From IMG/VR virus record IMGVR_UViG_3300014208_000023, positions 224,001 through 288,000 of that record: a stretch of 64,000 nucleotides of DNA. One strand, written 5' to 3'. Position numbers and translations under genes: made by a program. Shown piece after piece: positions 28,417 through 38,798 of this stretch. The stretch comes from a virus (lineage: Duplodnaviria > Caudoviricetes). The notes under the pieces are model-generated. The model had not been told where the DNA came from and did not search any database. It saw only the letters and a list, made by a program, of their open reading frames with translations. The first letter of the stretch is position 1. Each line of letters opens with the position of its first letter.

Positions 28417-28656
28417 TTATTGTTTCTTGTGTTTCTCTCGCCTTTTGGGCTCAAGTCTTTTCATTATCTCGGCAGCTTCGGCATACGCCTTTTGACATTC
28501 CAGATCTAGTTTTATTTCTTCTCTTATTTTAGCAATCAGCGCCCTATTGAACTCTTCTTGTTTCTTTCGGCAGCGTTTATTTTCGCAGATGTAGCAGTCG
28601 CACTTGCACCCATCATTATGTTGTTCGCCCGCGATGCAGTAGTGCGTTTCACTCAT
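28417..28656 (-). CDS. Hypothetical protein with Cys-rich N-terminus
   Basis: 79-aa ORF; ATGA overlap with upstream gene. Confidence 0.55.
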   Translation of the reverse strand: MSETHYCIAGEQHNDGCKCDCYICENKRCRKKQEEFNRALIAKIREEIKLDLECQKAYAEAAEIMKRLEPKRREKHKKQ

Positions 28657-29144
28657 GAATTTCTTTTTATCTGCTCTACCAAATTATCTAATGGTTGCAA
28701 TTTATTTTTAGGCGCCATATAAAAAGTTTCGTTTATTTTTCTAACTCTATCAAATCTAGTTTCTTGCGTCCAATAGTCTGGTTTATTATAACTTGGCAAA
28801 CAAAGCATTGCTTTTGTTTCTCTTGAAATCATAACATATGCTAATGGCTTATTTATTTTAGCATCATACCCAGCTACTGTATCTACAAAAATTGTGCTGT
28901 ATGGAAAATCTTTTGCTGACGTAAAAGACTCTCTACGAGACTTTATTTCAATATAGTGACCATTAACTAAAAGATCTTTAGAATCTATGTAGTCACCGGC
29001 CTTTTCAAAGGAGCCGCGAAAGGTTAGTTTTGGCATTTGAACTTCCAATCCATTTTCGTGAAAATAGATTCCGGCTATTTTTTGCCACTCGTAACCTTCG
29101 CGAAGCTCCTTAAAAAAGAGAGTGTCGTTATCTTTCCAACTCAT
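28653..29144 (-). CDS. Putative PD-(D/E)XK nuclease-fold protein
   Basis: SKDLLVNGHYIEIKSR (D...ExK). Confidence 0.5.
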   Translation of the reverse strand: MSWKDNDTLFFKELREGYEWQKIAGIYFHENGLEVQMPKLTFRGSFEKAGDYIDSKDLLVNGHYIEIKSRRESFTSAKDFPYSTIFVDTVAGYDAKINKPLAYVMISRETKAMLCLPSYNKPDYWTQETRFDRVRKINETFYMAPKNKLQPLDNLVEQIKRNS

Positions 29145-29153
29145 TTTTGAGAA

Positions 29154-29504
29154 TCAGGCCTCTATCTCGATGTCTATTGATCCATCATCTACTTTTTGCC
29201 ATTTATGTTGCTTGACGTGTTTTGATTTTGGAACTGATCGGCTTTTCATTCCCTCAATAACGTCACGAAATGACATCCATGGGTAAGCGTCTTTGCCTAG
29301 CGATTTAAAGCGCTCAATTTCATTGGCGTTAGCAGATCCACTTCTAACTGAAGCAAATAATGCTCTTCGGAATTTTCTGCTCATCCCAAAAGGACTTCTT
29401 CCATCAATTACTGATTTAGATTCCTTTACAGATGAGCTGGGGAGACTCAATGTTTCTGGGTCCATTAGCTGTTCATGTATTACGGTTTCTTGTGTCTTAC
29501 TCAT
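29154..29504 (-). CDS. Hypothetical protein
   Basis: 116-aa ORF coupled by TAATG overlap. Confidence 0.65.
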   Translation of the reverse strand: MSKTQETVIHEQLMDPETLSLPSSSVKESKSVIDGRSPFGMSRKFRRALFASVRSGSANANEIERFKSLGKDAYPWMSFRDVIEGMKSRSVPKSKHVKQHKWQKVDDGSIDIEIEA

Positions 29505-29824
29505 TATTTTGTCCCTTTGTGTCTATAAATCAGATTCTGAATTGAATGCACTTGATGCCATGGAAATGACATTTCTACCATCTCCTCTATTTTAGCTCCG
29601 GCAATCATCGTTGAATGTCCAGACATTATGTTTTGGAGTTTGGCATTTTTATTTGTAAATAGGCCTACCGCCTTAACCGTGCTTGGTCCCTCATCTATTT
29701 TTGTAGCTAGAAAATATGGGCTTATAGTTCCCTCGGCAAGAGAGATAAGATATGTTGGCCCAGATCTTATTTGGATATTTACCGGAACATTACCGGTAAT
29801 TTGTATTTGCATATCGTTTGACAT
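29504..29824 (-). CDS. Hypothetical protein
   Basis: 106-aa ORF coupled by TGATG overlap to recA. Confidence 0.65.
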   Translation of the reverse strand: MSNDMQIQITGNVPVNIQIRSGPTYLISLAEGTISPYFLATKIDEGPSTVKAVGLFTNKNAKLQNIMSGHSTMIAGAKIEEMVEMSFPWHQVHSIQNLIYRHKGTK

Positions 29825-30987
29825 CAGACCGCCTCGCTCTTACTCTTATCAGCTTTTTTGGGCTTCTCGACAACTTTTGCCGTATCGCTTATAGACACTG
29901 GATTTTTGCTAAAATACTTTCTATCACGAATTTCTTCAATTTTCTGAAGAAGCTCGGTAGCTAGTCCTGGAACCTCAAGCAATGCATCAGTGAATTTGCC
30001 GGCGCCTACCCACTTATAGTCCTTATACGTATAAGACATTGTGGTTGGGCGTAGAACTATATCATACTGGATTGCTAGATTGCCAATCTCTTCATACGCA
30101 TTATGAATTCCTTTGGTGAAATCTATTTTGAATTCAGTTTTCTTTGGCCAAATACCAAACTTATTCTTTTCGATTGTTGCTCTGATAACGTGACCAATTT
30201 TTTCTTCTTTTTCATTAAGAATCTGGGCGTCTTTGCGAGCGACCATTTCAAAATAAATGTTTGCAGAAAGGAAGTGGTGGTATGAATTACCTCCGGCACT
30301 GGCGTGATCTGGCCCATAAGCATTCATCGTGCTACGAACGTGATTGATCATTACCATGGCTACGTTGGCCTTCTTTACTTCTAGGCTCAACTTTTTAAGA
30401 GCAGTTGAAAGGAAGCGTGGTAGAGGGCTAATATTTACCTTACCAACTTCGCTTATTTGTTCTTGTGGAACCTGAAGTGCTCCGACGCTATCTAGAATAA
30501 TAAGATTGACATTTAGATTTCCATCAGCAACTTCGTCTAGAAGACCTCTTTTGGATTTTCCCGCAAAGAAGTGTTTGTTATCTTCTTTTGGAACGCCAGT
30601 TAGCATTTCAAATAGTCTTTTTGCAGAAACTGCCAAATCATCCTGAATAAGCATTATCTTTTCTGGATCTGCTCCAAGATCCTGTGCCCATGTTGCACTG
30701 AATGTTCCTTCGGCGTCAATATATATTTGGTGTGCTTGTGGGTCCTGTTTTTGAGCTTCTTTAATTAGAAGAATACTCATTGCTGTTTTGCCAGAACCTG
30801 GGGCACCATATAACTGCGTAATTCTGCCTCTAACTATTCCGCCAGAACAAAGCGCATCATCTAGACTTGGAGATCCTGTTGGAATTGCTTGTGGTTTTTC
30901 GCCAATACCATCACTGGCAGATCTAACCTCCATACTGTCTTCGGTATCTGAAAATGCTTTGAAAAAATCTTTAAACTTATCGCTCAT
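29824..30987 (-). CDS. recA: RecA/UvsX recombinase
   Basis: IPTGSPSLDDAL..GGIVRGRITQLYGAPGSGKT, YIDAE, IILDSVGAL, GGNSYHH, EKNKFG. Confidence 0.93.
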   Translation of the reverse strand: MSDKFKDFFKAFSDTEDSMEVRSASDGIGEKPQAIPTGSPSLDDALCSGGIVRGRITQLYGAPGSGKTAMSILLIKEAQKQDPQAHQIYIDAEGTFSATWAQDLGADPEKIMLIQDDLAVSAKRLFEMLTGVPKEDNKHFFAGKSKRGLLDEVADGNLNVNLIILDSVGALQVPQEQISEVGKVNISPLPRFLSTALKKLSLEVKKANVAMVMINHVRSTMNAYGPDHASAGGNSYHHFLSANIYFEMVARKDAQILNEKEEKIGHVIRATIEKNKFGIWPKKTEFKIDFTKGIHNAYEEIGNLAIQYDIVLRPTTMSYTYKDYKWVGAGKFTDALLEVPGLATELLQKIEEIRDRKYFSKNPVSISDTAKVVEKPKKADKSKSEAV

Positions 30988-31011
30988 TGTTTTCCTTATT
31001 GTTGTTTTAAA

Positions 31012-31533
31012 TTACCATCCGACTTTAGGAGGGTTATCTCGTTCTGTTGGTATACTTTTACTTGTTCCCGTTATTACTGACTGTTTCTGGCCCTGAGCCA
31101 GTTCTTTGAAATAATAATGCATCTTAATTAAGACATCATATTTCTTTTCTAATGCTGATTTGGCACCTTTTGTTTTGGCGAGAAGTAGGCCCAGCTGCTC
31201 TACTTCAGGATGACTTTCGCCAGCTTGTTTACGCATTTCTGCCGTAACTCGGACTTTATCATCCTCACATTTGTATTCGAGAGCAGCGCGGTTTTTAACC
31301 GTATTAACTCTGCTCTCAATAAATCCTGAAGTTTTAATTAACTTCGCAATCATATCTATTAAAATTTCTGCTGCGTATAAAGCTCTGTGTTGTAAAAATT
31401 CGGCATGAGCAATATCAAACGCCTCATTGTCTCTTAAGCTTTTTAAGACCTTTTGAACTTCAGTTAGATCGAATTCTTCGAATGGTTCAATATTCTGGCT
31501 GCCCATTAGCTGGCCAAGTGTTATCTGTGACAT
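31012..31533 (-). CDS. Helical protein upstream of recA, possible UvsY-like recombination mediator
   Basis: Coiled-coil pattern, size and adjacency to recA; function is inference only. Confidence 0.4.
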   Translation of the reverse strand: MSQITLGQLMGSQNIEPFEEFDLTEVQKVLKSLRDNEAFDIAHAEFLQHRALYAAEILIDMIAKLIKTSGFIESRVNTVKNRAALEYKCEDDKVRVTAEMRKQAGESHPEVEQLGLLLAKTKGAKSALEKKYDVLIKMHYYFKELAQGQKQSVITGTSKSIPTERDNPPKVGW

Positions 31534-31553
31534 ATTACAATTCCTCTTACTGT

Positions 31554-31584
31554 ATTATACTGAATGCGACAATTTTCTCGACAA
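31554..31584 (-). promoter_or_regulatory. Putative sigma70-type promoter for the recA operon
   Basis: Perfect TATAAT (31559-31554) with TTGTCG 19 nt upstream, then GAGG SD. Confidence 0.4.
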
Positions 31585-31591
31585 GTGAAAA

Positions 31592-31954
31592 CTACTTGCT
31601 CTTTTGTAGTTCGGCTAGTTTTTTATCGAATTTTATCGTTAATTCGCTTAATTTTTGCTCAAATTTTTCCGTTAGAGCGTTTAGCCTTTCCTCTTCTCTA
31701 GCCTCCATGAGCCTACGGCCTTGCTGCTCATATATGGCGCACACAAATAGAAATACTTCCATTGAGGTTTGGCGCGCAGGTGATTTGATAAAAGTTATAT
31801 TTCCATTTTTATCAGTTTCAAATAAATCTATAAATAGATCGTCTCCCTTAAAGTTTGGGCGATCATATGATCTGCAAATGCTATCATATGCAGTAGATTC
31901 TTCTGGCGTCAATGATAACTTTTTGTTATGAACTATTCTGATTGATGCAGCCAC
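31592..31954 (-). CDS. Hypothetical protein
   Basis: 120-aa ORF, C-terminal coiled coil. Confidence 0.65.
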   Translation of the reverse strand: MAASIRIVHNKKLSLTPEESTAYDSICRSYDRPNFKGDDLFIDLFETDKNGNITFIKSPARQTSMEVFLFVCAIYEQQGRRLMEAREEERLNALTEKFEQKLSELTIKFDKKLAELQKSK

Positions 31955-32578
31955 TTATTCTCCTCTAGAAAACTTGCCTAAACCAGTTGGCTGTTGCCTT
32001 TGAAGTTTTTTAAGCTTTTCAATTTCATAATATTCTTTAACTGGGTCATCGCTTACTGGGCCACTGCTGCCCATGGCTTGCATCATGGCCATCTGATCTG
32101 TTTTAGATAGTGGTGCTCCGGCTGATTCACCGCTCATGTCTATAGGCCCATAATCAGGATCTATGCCAACAAATTCTGATGGATCTGCTGCTCCGCCCTG
32201 TATCTTTTCAACTATTGACTTCATTCCTGGCTGCTTAATTCCAGCTCTTTGTTGAAAACTAATTGCTGATTTTGCAAGCTCTGTTTGACGACGCATAGTT
32301 TCTTCATCAACTCCATTTTCATCAAAAATTCCGCCAGATGACAAATTTTGGCTAGGCTCTTTTAATTTGCCGCCTTTTCTCAAAGAATAGTTTGATCCTA
32401 GCCACTCTTCAACTTGTTCCATAAAAGGCTCGGCCGCCTTCATGAGAGTTTGAAGCTCAACCAAAATATTCTGAAGAGCTTCCTCCATTATATTTTCGCC
32501 GCAGAATGGACATACGTTCGTCTTTATGGCGTGAGCGAATTTTGATGGGATAACTTCTTCACACGTTTTACACTTCAT
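31955..32578 (-). CDS. Hypothetical protein with N-terminal zinc ribbon
   Basis: CKTC...CPFC. Confidence 0.7.
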   Translation of the reverse strand: MKCKTCEEVIPSKFAHAIKTNVCPFCGENIMEEALQNILVELQTLMKAAEPFMEQVEEWLGSNYSLRKGGKLKEPSQNLSSGGIFDENGVDEETMRRQTELAKSAISFQQRAGIKQPGMKSIVEKIQGGAADPSEFVGIDPDYGPIDMSGESAGAPLSKTDQMAMMQAMGSSGPVSDDPVKEYYEIEKLKKLQRQQPTGLGKFSRGE

Positions 32579-32596
32579 GTCATATTCCTTTTCATA

Positions 32597-35500
32597 CTAT
32601 ATATCATAATCATCGCCAGTTTCATCTTCTTCTTGGTCTAAATCAATGTGTCCGCCATTGAAAAGATCGTCCTCTAAATCACTAATGATATCATCAACAT
32701 TATCACTCTTTTTTATATCTATTTTTTCTTTTTTAGACAATCTTTTTACCACTATTTTCTTAGCCTTAAGATCTTCTGGAACCGCTGGAGATGGGCTGGC
32801 ATTTAAAAGATCTCTTACAATAACGCCAATTTCATCTTCGTATAAATTAACTGATCCATTGAAATGGATTGACATAGTTGGCTCTAATTTATGTTTAGAA
32901 CCAAAAGCATCTTTAATTCTTCTTCTTGCTTCTTTGAGGCTATCAGGGAAAATAGTTATATTTATCTGATCTCCGAACTCATCTTCTATTACGCATTTGG
33001 CCATATCTTGACCAACATATCTTGATGTTTCTTTTTTAATTTTGAATTCAAAAATGCTTTTGATTTCACCTTTGACGTGTGGCAATATTGATTTATCTTT
33101 TTCTTTTTTAATTGCTCTGATCGGGATAGATTTACCATTATAAAATCTTCCATTATCGTAGGCTACTTTTTTGCCACATATGAATGACTCCCCAAGATAC
33201 TTTAGCTCTAAAGCATATAGTTCTGGCCGTGACCATTCATCAAACGCCGGCCAAGCATATTCAAACTGTTCAATTTTTGAATTATGAGTTTTTAGCCAAG
33301 CCTTAAGTTTTTCCCTATAATCAGACGCATATAGATAAATCATTTTACGCGGAATTTTAAATGAATCCAATGCTCCAATTGCCGCTAGTGCCTTAATAGA
33401 TGCGGCGCCAACTTTTTTAGTCTCAACTCGCAACATAAAATCATCAAATGATTTGAATGGGCGCTTCGATAGTATGTCATGCATGGCGTCGTCACCTAGA
33501 AACTTTGCAGCCTCTAGTCCGGTCACTAAAGTGGTGTCATCTTGAATCTTGTAAGATATCTCTGACGCATTTACATCAGGAGGCATAAGTTTCTTACCCA
33601 ATTTACGTAATTCATTCTTTATTTTTAAAGCATTTTCTTCTGCTGTTGGAGCATTAGATTGAAGCTCAAATTTAAGATTCGCCAGCAAGAACTCTAGTGG
33701 AAAATGGGCCTTAAGATAAGCAGTTATATATGATATGAAACTGTAAGTCACGGCGTGTGACTTATTGAAGCTATACTTTCCGTATGGCTCTACAATCTCT
33801 TCCCAAATACGAATGGCGATCTTTTCGTCAATCTTATTTTCTATTGCTCCCTCAATAAACTCTTCTCGCCATTTTTTGGCTTTCTCTGGATTCTTACCTT
33901 TTTCTTTAGTTAATTTTCGAAGCTTATCCGCTTCCGCCAAGTCCCAACCAGAAACGTCCTCTGAAAGAATCAGTAGGCTTTCATCATAGATAGAAAATCC
34001 ATAAGTATCTTTCATGGCCCTCTCAAGAGATGGGTGCATTACTTTAGCTTTCGCTTTTCCATTCTTAACGTTGATCAGATCTTCTCTAATATCCTTGGAT
34101 GCTGGTCTAGCGATGGTCGTAATGATTGCTAGATCTTCAATAGATTTTGGTTTAATGCGACGACAAAGCTCAACTGTTCCGGCAGAAGTTCCGAACTGGA
34201 AGACGCATAAAGTATCGCCCTTGCTAATTAGATCGTATGTTTTTTCATCGTAAGCTTCAAAATCTATTACCGGAACTTCTTTTCCTTGCTCTCTTATGAA
34301 ATCATAAGTTAGATCGATAACATCTAGCGTTTCTAATCCAAGAATATCCATTTTTACAAGACCGACTTCTTCGGACTTATCTTTATCCAACTCAACTACG
34401 GCCGCACCGTTTTTATCTGTTCTAACTGGAACAATATCAGAAAGTGCTCTTGTTCCTATAATAAGTCCTGCTGCGTGCTGAGAAACTGCACGTGGCTTAT
34501 TGCATATTTTTTTGTGTTTTATGAAATCTGGGTTTCTTTTGGCGCTTTCAGCAAAAAGAGCACATTTTTTAATAGCTTCCTCTATGGAAGTGATTTCTTT
34601 TGGTATGTAGTCGGCTACCGTATTACCTAGCAATACGGCGGAGTCTCTTGAGCCTCCCATCTGTAATGATCTTGCTAAATCCTTGATAAAGACCTTGGGA
34701 GTGACTTTGTTTATATTGCTTATCTGCGCAACATTATCTTTACCATATTTAGCAGTTATGTATTTAATGACCTTTTCTCGGCCAGCCTGGGAAAAGTCGC
34801 AGTCTATATCACTATAGCCGGTCTTTAGTTTATTATAGAAACGCTCAAAAACTAGTCCATATTTAATTGGATCTGCGGCGTGAATCTTTAAAAAGAACGC
34901 AACAAGACTTCCGGCAACCGATCCTCGCCCAGGACCGCAAGAAACACCGTTTTGTTTTGCCCAATTAACATAGTCTGCAACTATAAGCATATAGCTGGAA
35001 ATGCCTGTAAAATAGAAGGTGTCTAGCTCTCGCTCTAATCTAGCCCTATACTCAATTTCTTTACCTTTTGGCACCATAATAGAGAATGCCTTTTCACAAA
35101 CAAATCTCAAATAATTTCTGTCTTCATCTTGCTCTAAAACCTTATTTTCTTGTAACTGCTTGGTTGTCCAAGCAACAAAATCTTTGTAATCTGGCTGATG
35201 ACTAACCGGAAATGTCGGAAGCTCTTTGCCGGTTGGATTAGAGAACTTTGGATCTACCCAAGCAGAGGGTTCGCACATATCTGAAATGATTTTAGTATTT
35301 TTGCAAATTGTTTCTGCAAAATCTTCGCCATAATTTCTGCTGAAAAATGTTTTAATCTCATCTTCAGATTTCAAATAAAGTTCAGTTGTATTAAACTTCA
35401 TTCTGGCATTAGAATAAACTGGCTGACCGGATCCGATTGCCAATTCAACATCGTGCGTTTCAGAATCTTCTCTTGAAAGATAATGAGTATTACATGTCGG

Positions 35501-36130
35501 AACAATTTTTATTCCAAGTTTTTTTGCTAATCTAATAATGTGAGTATTGGTAAATACCTGATTTATGGCACCACGATAATGTGTGGCAGAACTAATTGCG
35601 TTATGGGCCTGTATTTCGGCTCCAAGATTTTGGCCAAAAATATCAATTAGTTTTTGTAAGGTTTCTTCTGCCTCATCGAATCTTTTACTGTTGATTAGCT
35701 GGCCAACTATACCATTACCACAAGCAGTAAGGCAAACCAATCCTTCGGAGTATTTTTTCAATAAGCTCCAGTCTATTACTGGCACAACCTTTTTCATTAT
35801 AATGGAGTGCCTATCGAACCCTGCTCTATGTAGTCGGAGTAGATTTTTATATCCCTCAGCGTTTTTTGCAAGCAAAACTACTTGACGTAATTTTTCTTCC
35901 TTATCAGCAAGATCATTTGTAAAATATAATTCGCATCCAGGAATGAACTTCACTCCAGTATCTTTGGATGCTTTATAGCAATCCCATACTCCCGATAAAT
36001 TTCCATAGTCAGAAATGGCTATCGCTTCCTGCCCCAATTCTTTTGCTTTGGCGAAAAGTTCTTTTGGTGACGGAAGCGCTTGAAGAATACTATACTGGCT
36101 GTGATTATGCAGCGAAATGAAACTTGACAT
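32597..36130 (-). CDS. dnaE: DNA polymerase III alpha subunit (family C)
   Basis: PHP domain LHNHSQYS/ISDYG, GPGRGSVAGSLVA, YSDIDCDF, SQHAAG, KMDILGL, YSFNKSHA, PPDVN, C-terminal OB fold; normal length, no intein. Confidence 0.95.
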   Translation of the reverse strand: MSSFISLHNHSQYSILQALPSPKELFAKAKELGQEAIAISDYGNLSGVWDCYKASKDTGVKFIPGCELYFTNDLADKEEKLRQVVLLAKNAEGYKNLLRLHRAGFDRHSIIMKKVVPVIDWSLLKKYSEGLVCLTACGNGIVGQLINSKRFDEAEETLQKLIDIFGQNLGAEIQAHNAISSATHYRGAINQVFTNTHIIRLAKKLGIKIVPTCNTHYLSREDSETHDVELAIGSGQPVYSNARMKFNTTELYLKSEDEIKTFFSRNYGEDFAETICKNTKIISDMCEPSAWVDPKFSNPTGKELPTFPVSHQPDYKDFVAWTTKQLQENKVLEQDEDRNYLRFVCEKAFSIMVPKGKEIEYRARLERELDTFYFTGISSYMLIVADYVNWAKQNGVSCGPGRGSVAGSLVAFFLKIHAADPIKYGLVFERFYNKLKTGYSDIDCDFSQAGREKVIKYITAKYGKDNVAQISNINKVTPKVFIKDLARSLQMGGSRDSAVLLGNTVADYIPKEITSIEEAIKKCALFAESAKRNPDFIKHKKICNKPRAVSQHAAGLIIGTRALSDIVPVRTDKNGAAVVELDKDKSEEVGLVKMDILGLETLDVIDLTYDFIREQGKEVPVIDFEAYDEKTYDLISKGDTLCVFQFGTSAGTVELCRRIKPKSIEDLAIITTIARPASKDIREDLINVKNGKAKAKVMHPSLERAMKDTYGFSIYDESLLILSEDVSGWDLAEADKLRKLTKEKGKNPEKAKKWREEFIEGAIENKIDEKIAIRIWEEIVEPYGKYSFNKSHAVTYSFISYITAYLKAHFPLEFLLANLKFELQSNAPTAEENALKIKNELRKLGKKLMPPDVNASEISYKIQDDTTLVTGLEAAKFLGDDAMHDILSKRPFKSFDDFMLRVETKKVGAASIKALAAIGALDSFKIPRKMIYLYASDYREKLKAWLKTHNSKIEQFEYAWPAFDEWSRPELYALELKYLGESFICGKKVAYDNGRFYNGKSIPIRAIKKEKDKSILPHVKGEIKSIFEFKIKKETSRYVGQDMAKCVIEDEFGDQINITIFPDSLKEARRRIKDAFGSKHKLEPTMSIHFNGSVNLYEDEIGVIVRDLLNASPSPAVPEDLKAKKIVVKRLSKKEKIDIKKSDNVDDIISDLEDDLFNGGHIDLDQEEDETGDDYDI

Positions 36131-36163
36131 ATACTTACCTTATATCTTGCTGGCGTTGGTGGT

Positions 36164-36847
36164 TTATCGATTTGATTTTGACGAAATCAAACTTCTAACT
36201 ACCTTGGTAGATAAGTCGTTCTTTTCATCATAAATAATCTTCATCGTTTTAAATTTTTCTTTCCAGAAATCTTTATCTTCAGGAATTCTGGTTAAAAGAT
36301 ATTTGAGCTCAGCCGGCCCCAATTTCTTTTTCTTATAGAGAGCATGGGCAACGGTTTTTACCGCTTCCCAATGATTGATTAGAAATTTTTCAACTTCTTC
36401 ACGAATTTCTTGCTTAAGGGCAAAAGTATTTTTTCCTCCCTCAGCTAATTTATATTTCCTAATTAATTTAGAAGCTCTGGAAGTATCTTCTGATGATCCA
36501 TTCTTAAGATGCATTGGAAATTTGCCAGAACCGCAAATGTCCTTGTAATACATTTTTTCTCCTACAAGTCCGGCATAAAATGTTTTAATTTCAGACATTA
36601 ATAGGATATTTTTCAATTTTTCATCATGCGCCTGATCCACATTATGAATATCATAATGAGTATAGCCTTCTTGACTGTCAATAATATTGACCATATCAAC
36701 CATTATAAGATGGCCTAAAGCTACTATTGTATGAGAGGCTTCGTGATAAGATGTTGCTATTAAGCCATAATCATTGGCTTGTTGTTTGGCTACTGATAGT
36801 TTATTAGCTTTCCGCTTGACTTTAGGGGACCTTGGCTTAAAAATCAT
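36164..36847 (-). CDS. Stand-alone peptidase M41-like (FtsH protease domain) zinc metalloprotease
   Basis: YHEASH (HExxH), AGLVGE, GSSED, VAHAL. Confidence 0.65.
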   Translation of the reverse strand: MIFKPRSPKVKRKANKLSVAKQQANDYGLIATSYHEASHTIVALGHLIMVDMVNIIDSQEGYTHYDIHNVDQAHDEKLKNILLMSEIKTFYAGLVGEKMYYKDICGSGKFPMHLKNGSSEDTSRASKLIRKYKLAEGGKNTFALKQEIREEVEKFLINHWEAVKTVAHALYKKKKLGPAELKYLLTRIPEDKDFWKEKFKTMKIIYDEKNDLSTKVVRSLISSKSNR

Positions 36848-36848
36848 C

Positions 36849-37139
36849 CTACATCTCCTGTATTATAGCCTCCAACTTACCTAACTCTTCTAAACAATTA
36901 GGGTTTTTGCATTTTATCTGCAATCGGTTATTACCTATAGCCCCGATGGCAACTAAACTCGTACCCTCTAAATAGAATAAGCCACTATTAGTATAAGATT
37001 TTTTTTCTCTATATCCTAAAGAAATAAAATGTGGTAAGTCCGCGAAACTTAAAGAGAAGTTAAGCTCAAGGAATATTTCCTTTTTATAGCACTTGCAAGC
37101 CGCTTCAGATACTATTCTCTTAACTTCTCTTTTTGCCAT
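36849..37139 (-). CDS. Hypothetical protein
   Basis: 96-aa ORF in operon. Confidence 0.6.
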   Translation of the reverse strand: MAKREVKRIVSEAACKCYKKEIFLELNFSLSFADLPHFISLGYREKKSYTNSGLFYLEGTSLVAIGAIGNNRLQIKCKNPNCLEELGKLEAIIQEM

Positions 37140-37140
37140 A

Positions 37141-37431
37141 TCACACTTCTTCTTTACCGATTTCGAGTCCTCTTTCTTCTAGGACCCAAAGGCAATACTT
37201 GATTTTTGCTGCCTCTTGTTTTTTAGTATCTTTATATGGCTGAGTCATTTCTTTAAGTTCAGTTTTAGCATCAAGAATTTTTTCGTTGCTTGATAGATCG
37301 TCTTCAACTTTATAGATGTTTCCCTCAGCTTCTAGAATGCGCTCATTAATTTCTTCTGCCGACATTGCGTTGATGTTGTCGGCAAATTCTGCTGGCAATT
37401 TAGTAGATAGATTTTTTGGAAATACTTTCAT
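37141..37431 (-). CDS. Hypothetical coiled-coil protein
   Basis: 96-aa ORF in operon. Confidence 0.65.
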   Translation of the reverse strand: MKVFPKNLSTKLPAEFADNINAMSAEEINERILEAEGNIYKVEDDLSSNEKILDAKTELKEMTQPYKDTKKQEAAKIKYCLWVLEERGLEIGKEEV

Positions 37432-37439
37432 GACTTACC

Positions 37440-38798
37440 TTATTCAATAATGTTACAATTTTTGAGAATGAAGTTTAATGTGAATTCGTCTTTAATTCTG
37501 CTTAAAAACATTGACATCTGACCTTTTTGATAAATGTCCTGCATTACTCGATCTGGATCTTGAGTGTATTGGGAAATGTTTTTCTTACCCATAGCCAACA
37601 TCTCCTCGTCAGTTAGCTGGGCCTCTGGCTCTTCATCTTGAATTTTTCCAAGTATAAGAGATAGCTTAATTCCATCCTCCGCATCTTTAATTCGTTTTGC
37701 CTTATCCTCTTCTGTCAATGAATCCCATGCCTGCTTTTGCATTTCGGCTTGAACCTTGGCTTCAGGAAGTGAAATCCATTCTGGAATTTTGAACTCATGA
37801 TTACTTATTAGTCTACGACCAATTTGATCTTGATAATGTCCATTCTCCATTCCCTGGATTTTGGCCCCAGCTACGCCCTTAACCTGCGTCTGTAGGGCCT
37901 CAAAGTTCTCAAGCCCAATTCTTTGAGCTAACTCATCGTCTAGTGCTGCCGGAGTCTTTTTAGAGCCTCCAACTAATTTGACTTTGAATTTCAATTCTTT
38001 TCCAAGAAATTCCGGATCAAAGTCCTTATCAGGGGCGGTAAGAGTAAATTCCCTTTCGTCCCCAGGCTTCATACCAAGAATATTATCATCAAATCCTGGA
38101 ACGTTAATTCGTCCAACTTCCAATACGGTTCCTTCTGATGATAGGCGCTCGATTGGTTCATCGCCCATAAACGTGCTGTATTGAACAACGATACTGTCAG
38201 TTAATTGAACAAAATCATCTTCGCCATAAGGAACTGATGTAGAATGCTCCATTCTCAATTCCTGAAGAATCTGCTGTGATAATTCCTCTATTCCGGTTCC
38301 GGAACTATGTTTTGGAAGGTCAAATCCCTTATATTCCTTAAGCTCAAACTCTGGTAGTGTATGAACTGAAAATTCACAATCAAAATTATTTCCCTCTATG
38401 ACTGAGGAGATAACCTGTGGTCCGCCAAAAGGCTTGATGTTCTTTTCTGTAACGGCATCAGCAAATGCTTTATTTAGCATTTCTTGCTTTAGATGCCCTT
38501 CTAGCTCGCGTGGAAAAGAGAGGCGAATAGCTTCTGGAGTAGCCTTGCCTTTTCGGTATCCTTTTACCTCATAAGTCTTGGCCATTTCTTTGGCTACAAA
38601 ATTCTTTCTTTCCTTTACAACTTCGGTTGAGGCCTGATACTTTATTGCCTGCTTGCAATACTCTATTTCAGAAACTTCAATTTCCATTTCACGCTCACGT
38701 GCACGTGTGGATGAGGCCGATGACGCTGATGGCATCGTAATTATGTGTTTGCCGCTTGGTAGTTTTTCTGTGTTAATTATTAAATTGCTCATGTCCAA
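37440..38798 (-). CDS. tig: Trigger factor (ribosome-associated chaperone/PPIase)
   Basis: KGYRKGKA ribosome-binding signature, PEFELKEYKG, FKBP domain (GFDDNILGMKPGDEREF, FKVKL), C-terminal domain; homology starts at internal Met 38687. Confidence 0.88.
   Translation of the reverse strand: MDMSNLIINTEKLPSGKHIITMPSASSASSTRAREREMEIEVSEIEYCKQAIKYQASTEVVKERKNFVAKEMAKTYEVKGYRKGKATPEAIRLSFPRELEGHLKQEMLNKAFADAVTEKNIKPFGGPQVISSVIEGNNFDCEFSVHTLPEFELKEYKGFDLPKHSSGTGIEELSQQILQELRMEHSTSVPYGEDDFVQLTDSIVVQYSTFMGDEPIERLSSEGTVLEVGRINVPGFDDNILGMKPGDEREFTLTAPDKDFDPEFLGKELKFKVKLVGGSKKTPAALDDELAQRIGLENFEALQTQVKGVAGAKIQGMENGHYQDQIGRRLISNHEFKIPEWISLPEAKVQAEMQKQAWDSLTEEDKAKRIKDAEDGIKLSLILGKIQDEEPEAQLTDEEMLAMGKKNISQYTQDPDRVMQDIYQKGQMSMFLSRIKDEFTLNFILKNCNIIE

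Noticed and set aside
29824-36130. Inteins or introns in dnaE or recA (terL also checked)
   Set aside because: Lengths are normal and no intein splice motifs (C/S start, HN end) or LAGLIDADG blocks were seen.
38688-38798. N-terminal extension of trigger factor as a functional domain
   Set aside because: The Ser/Ala-rich segment precedes an internal Met where homology begins; the true start cannot be decided from sequence alone.
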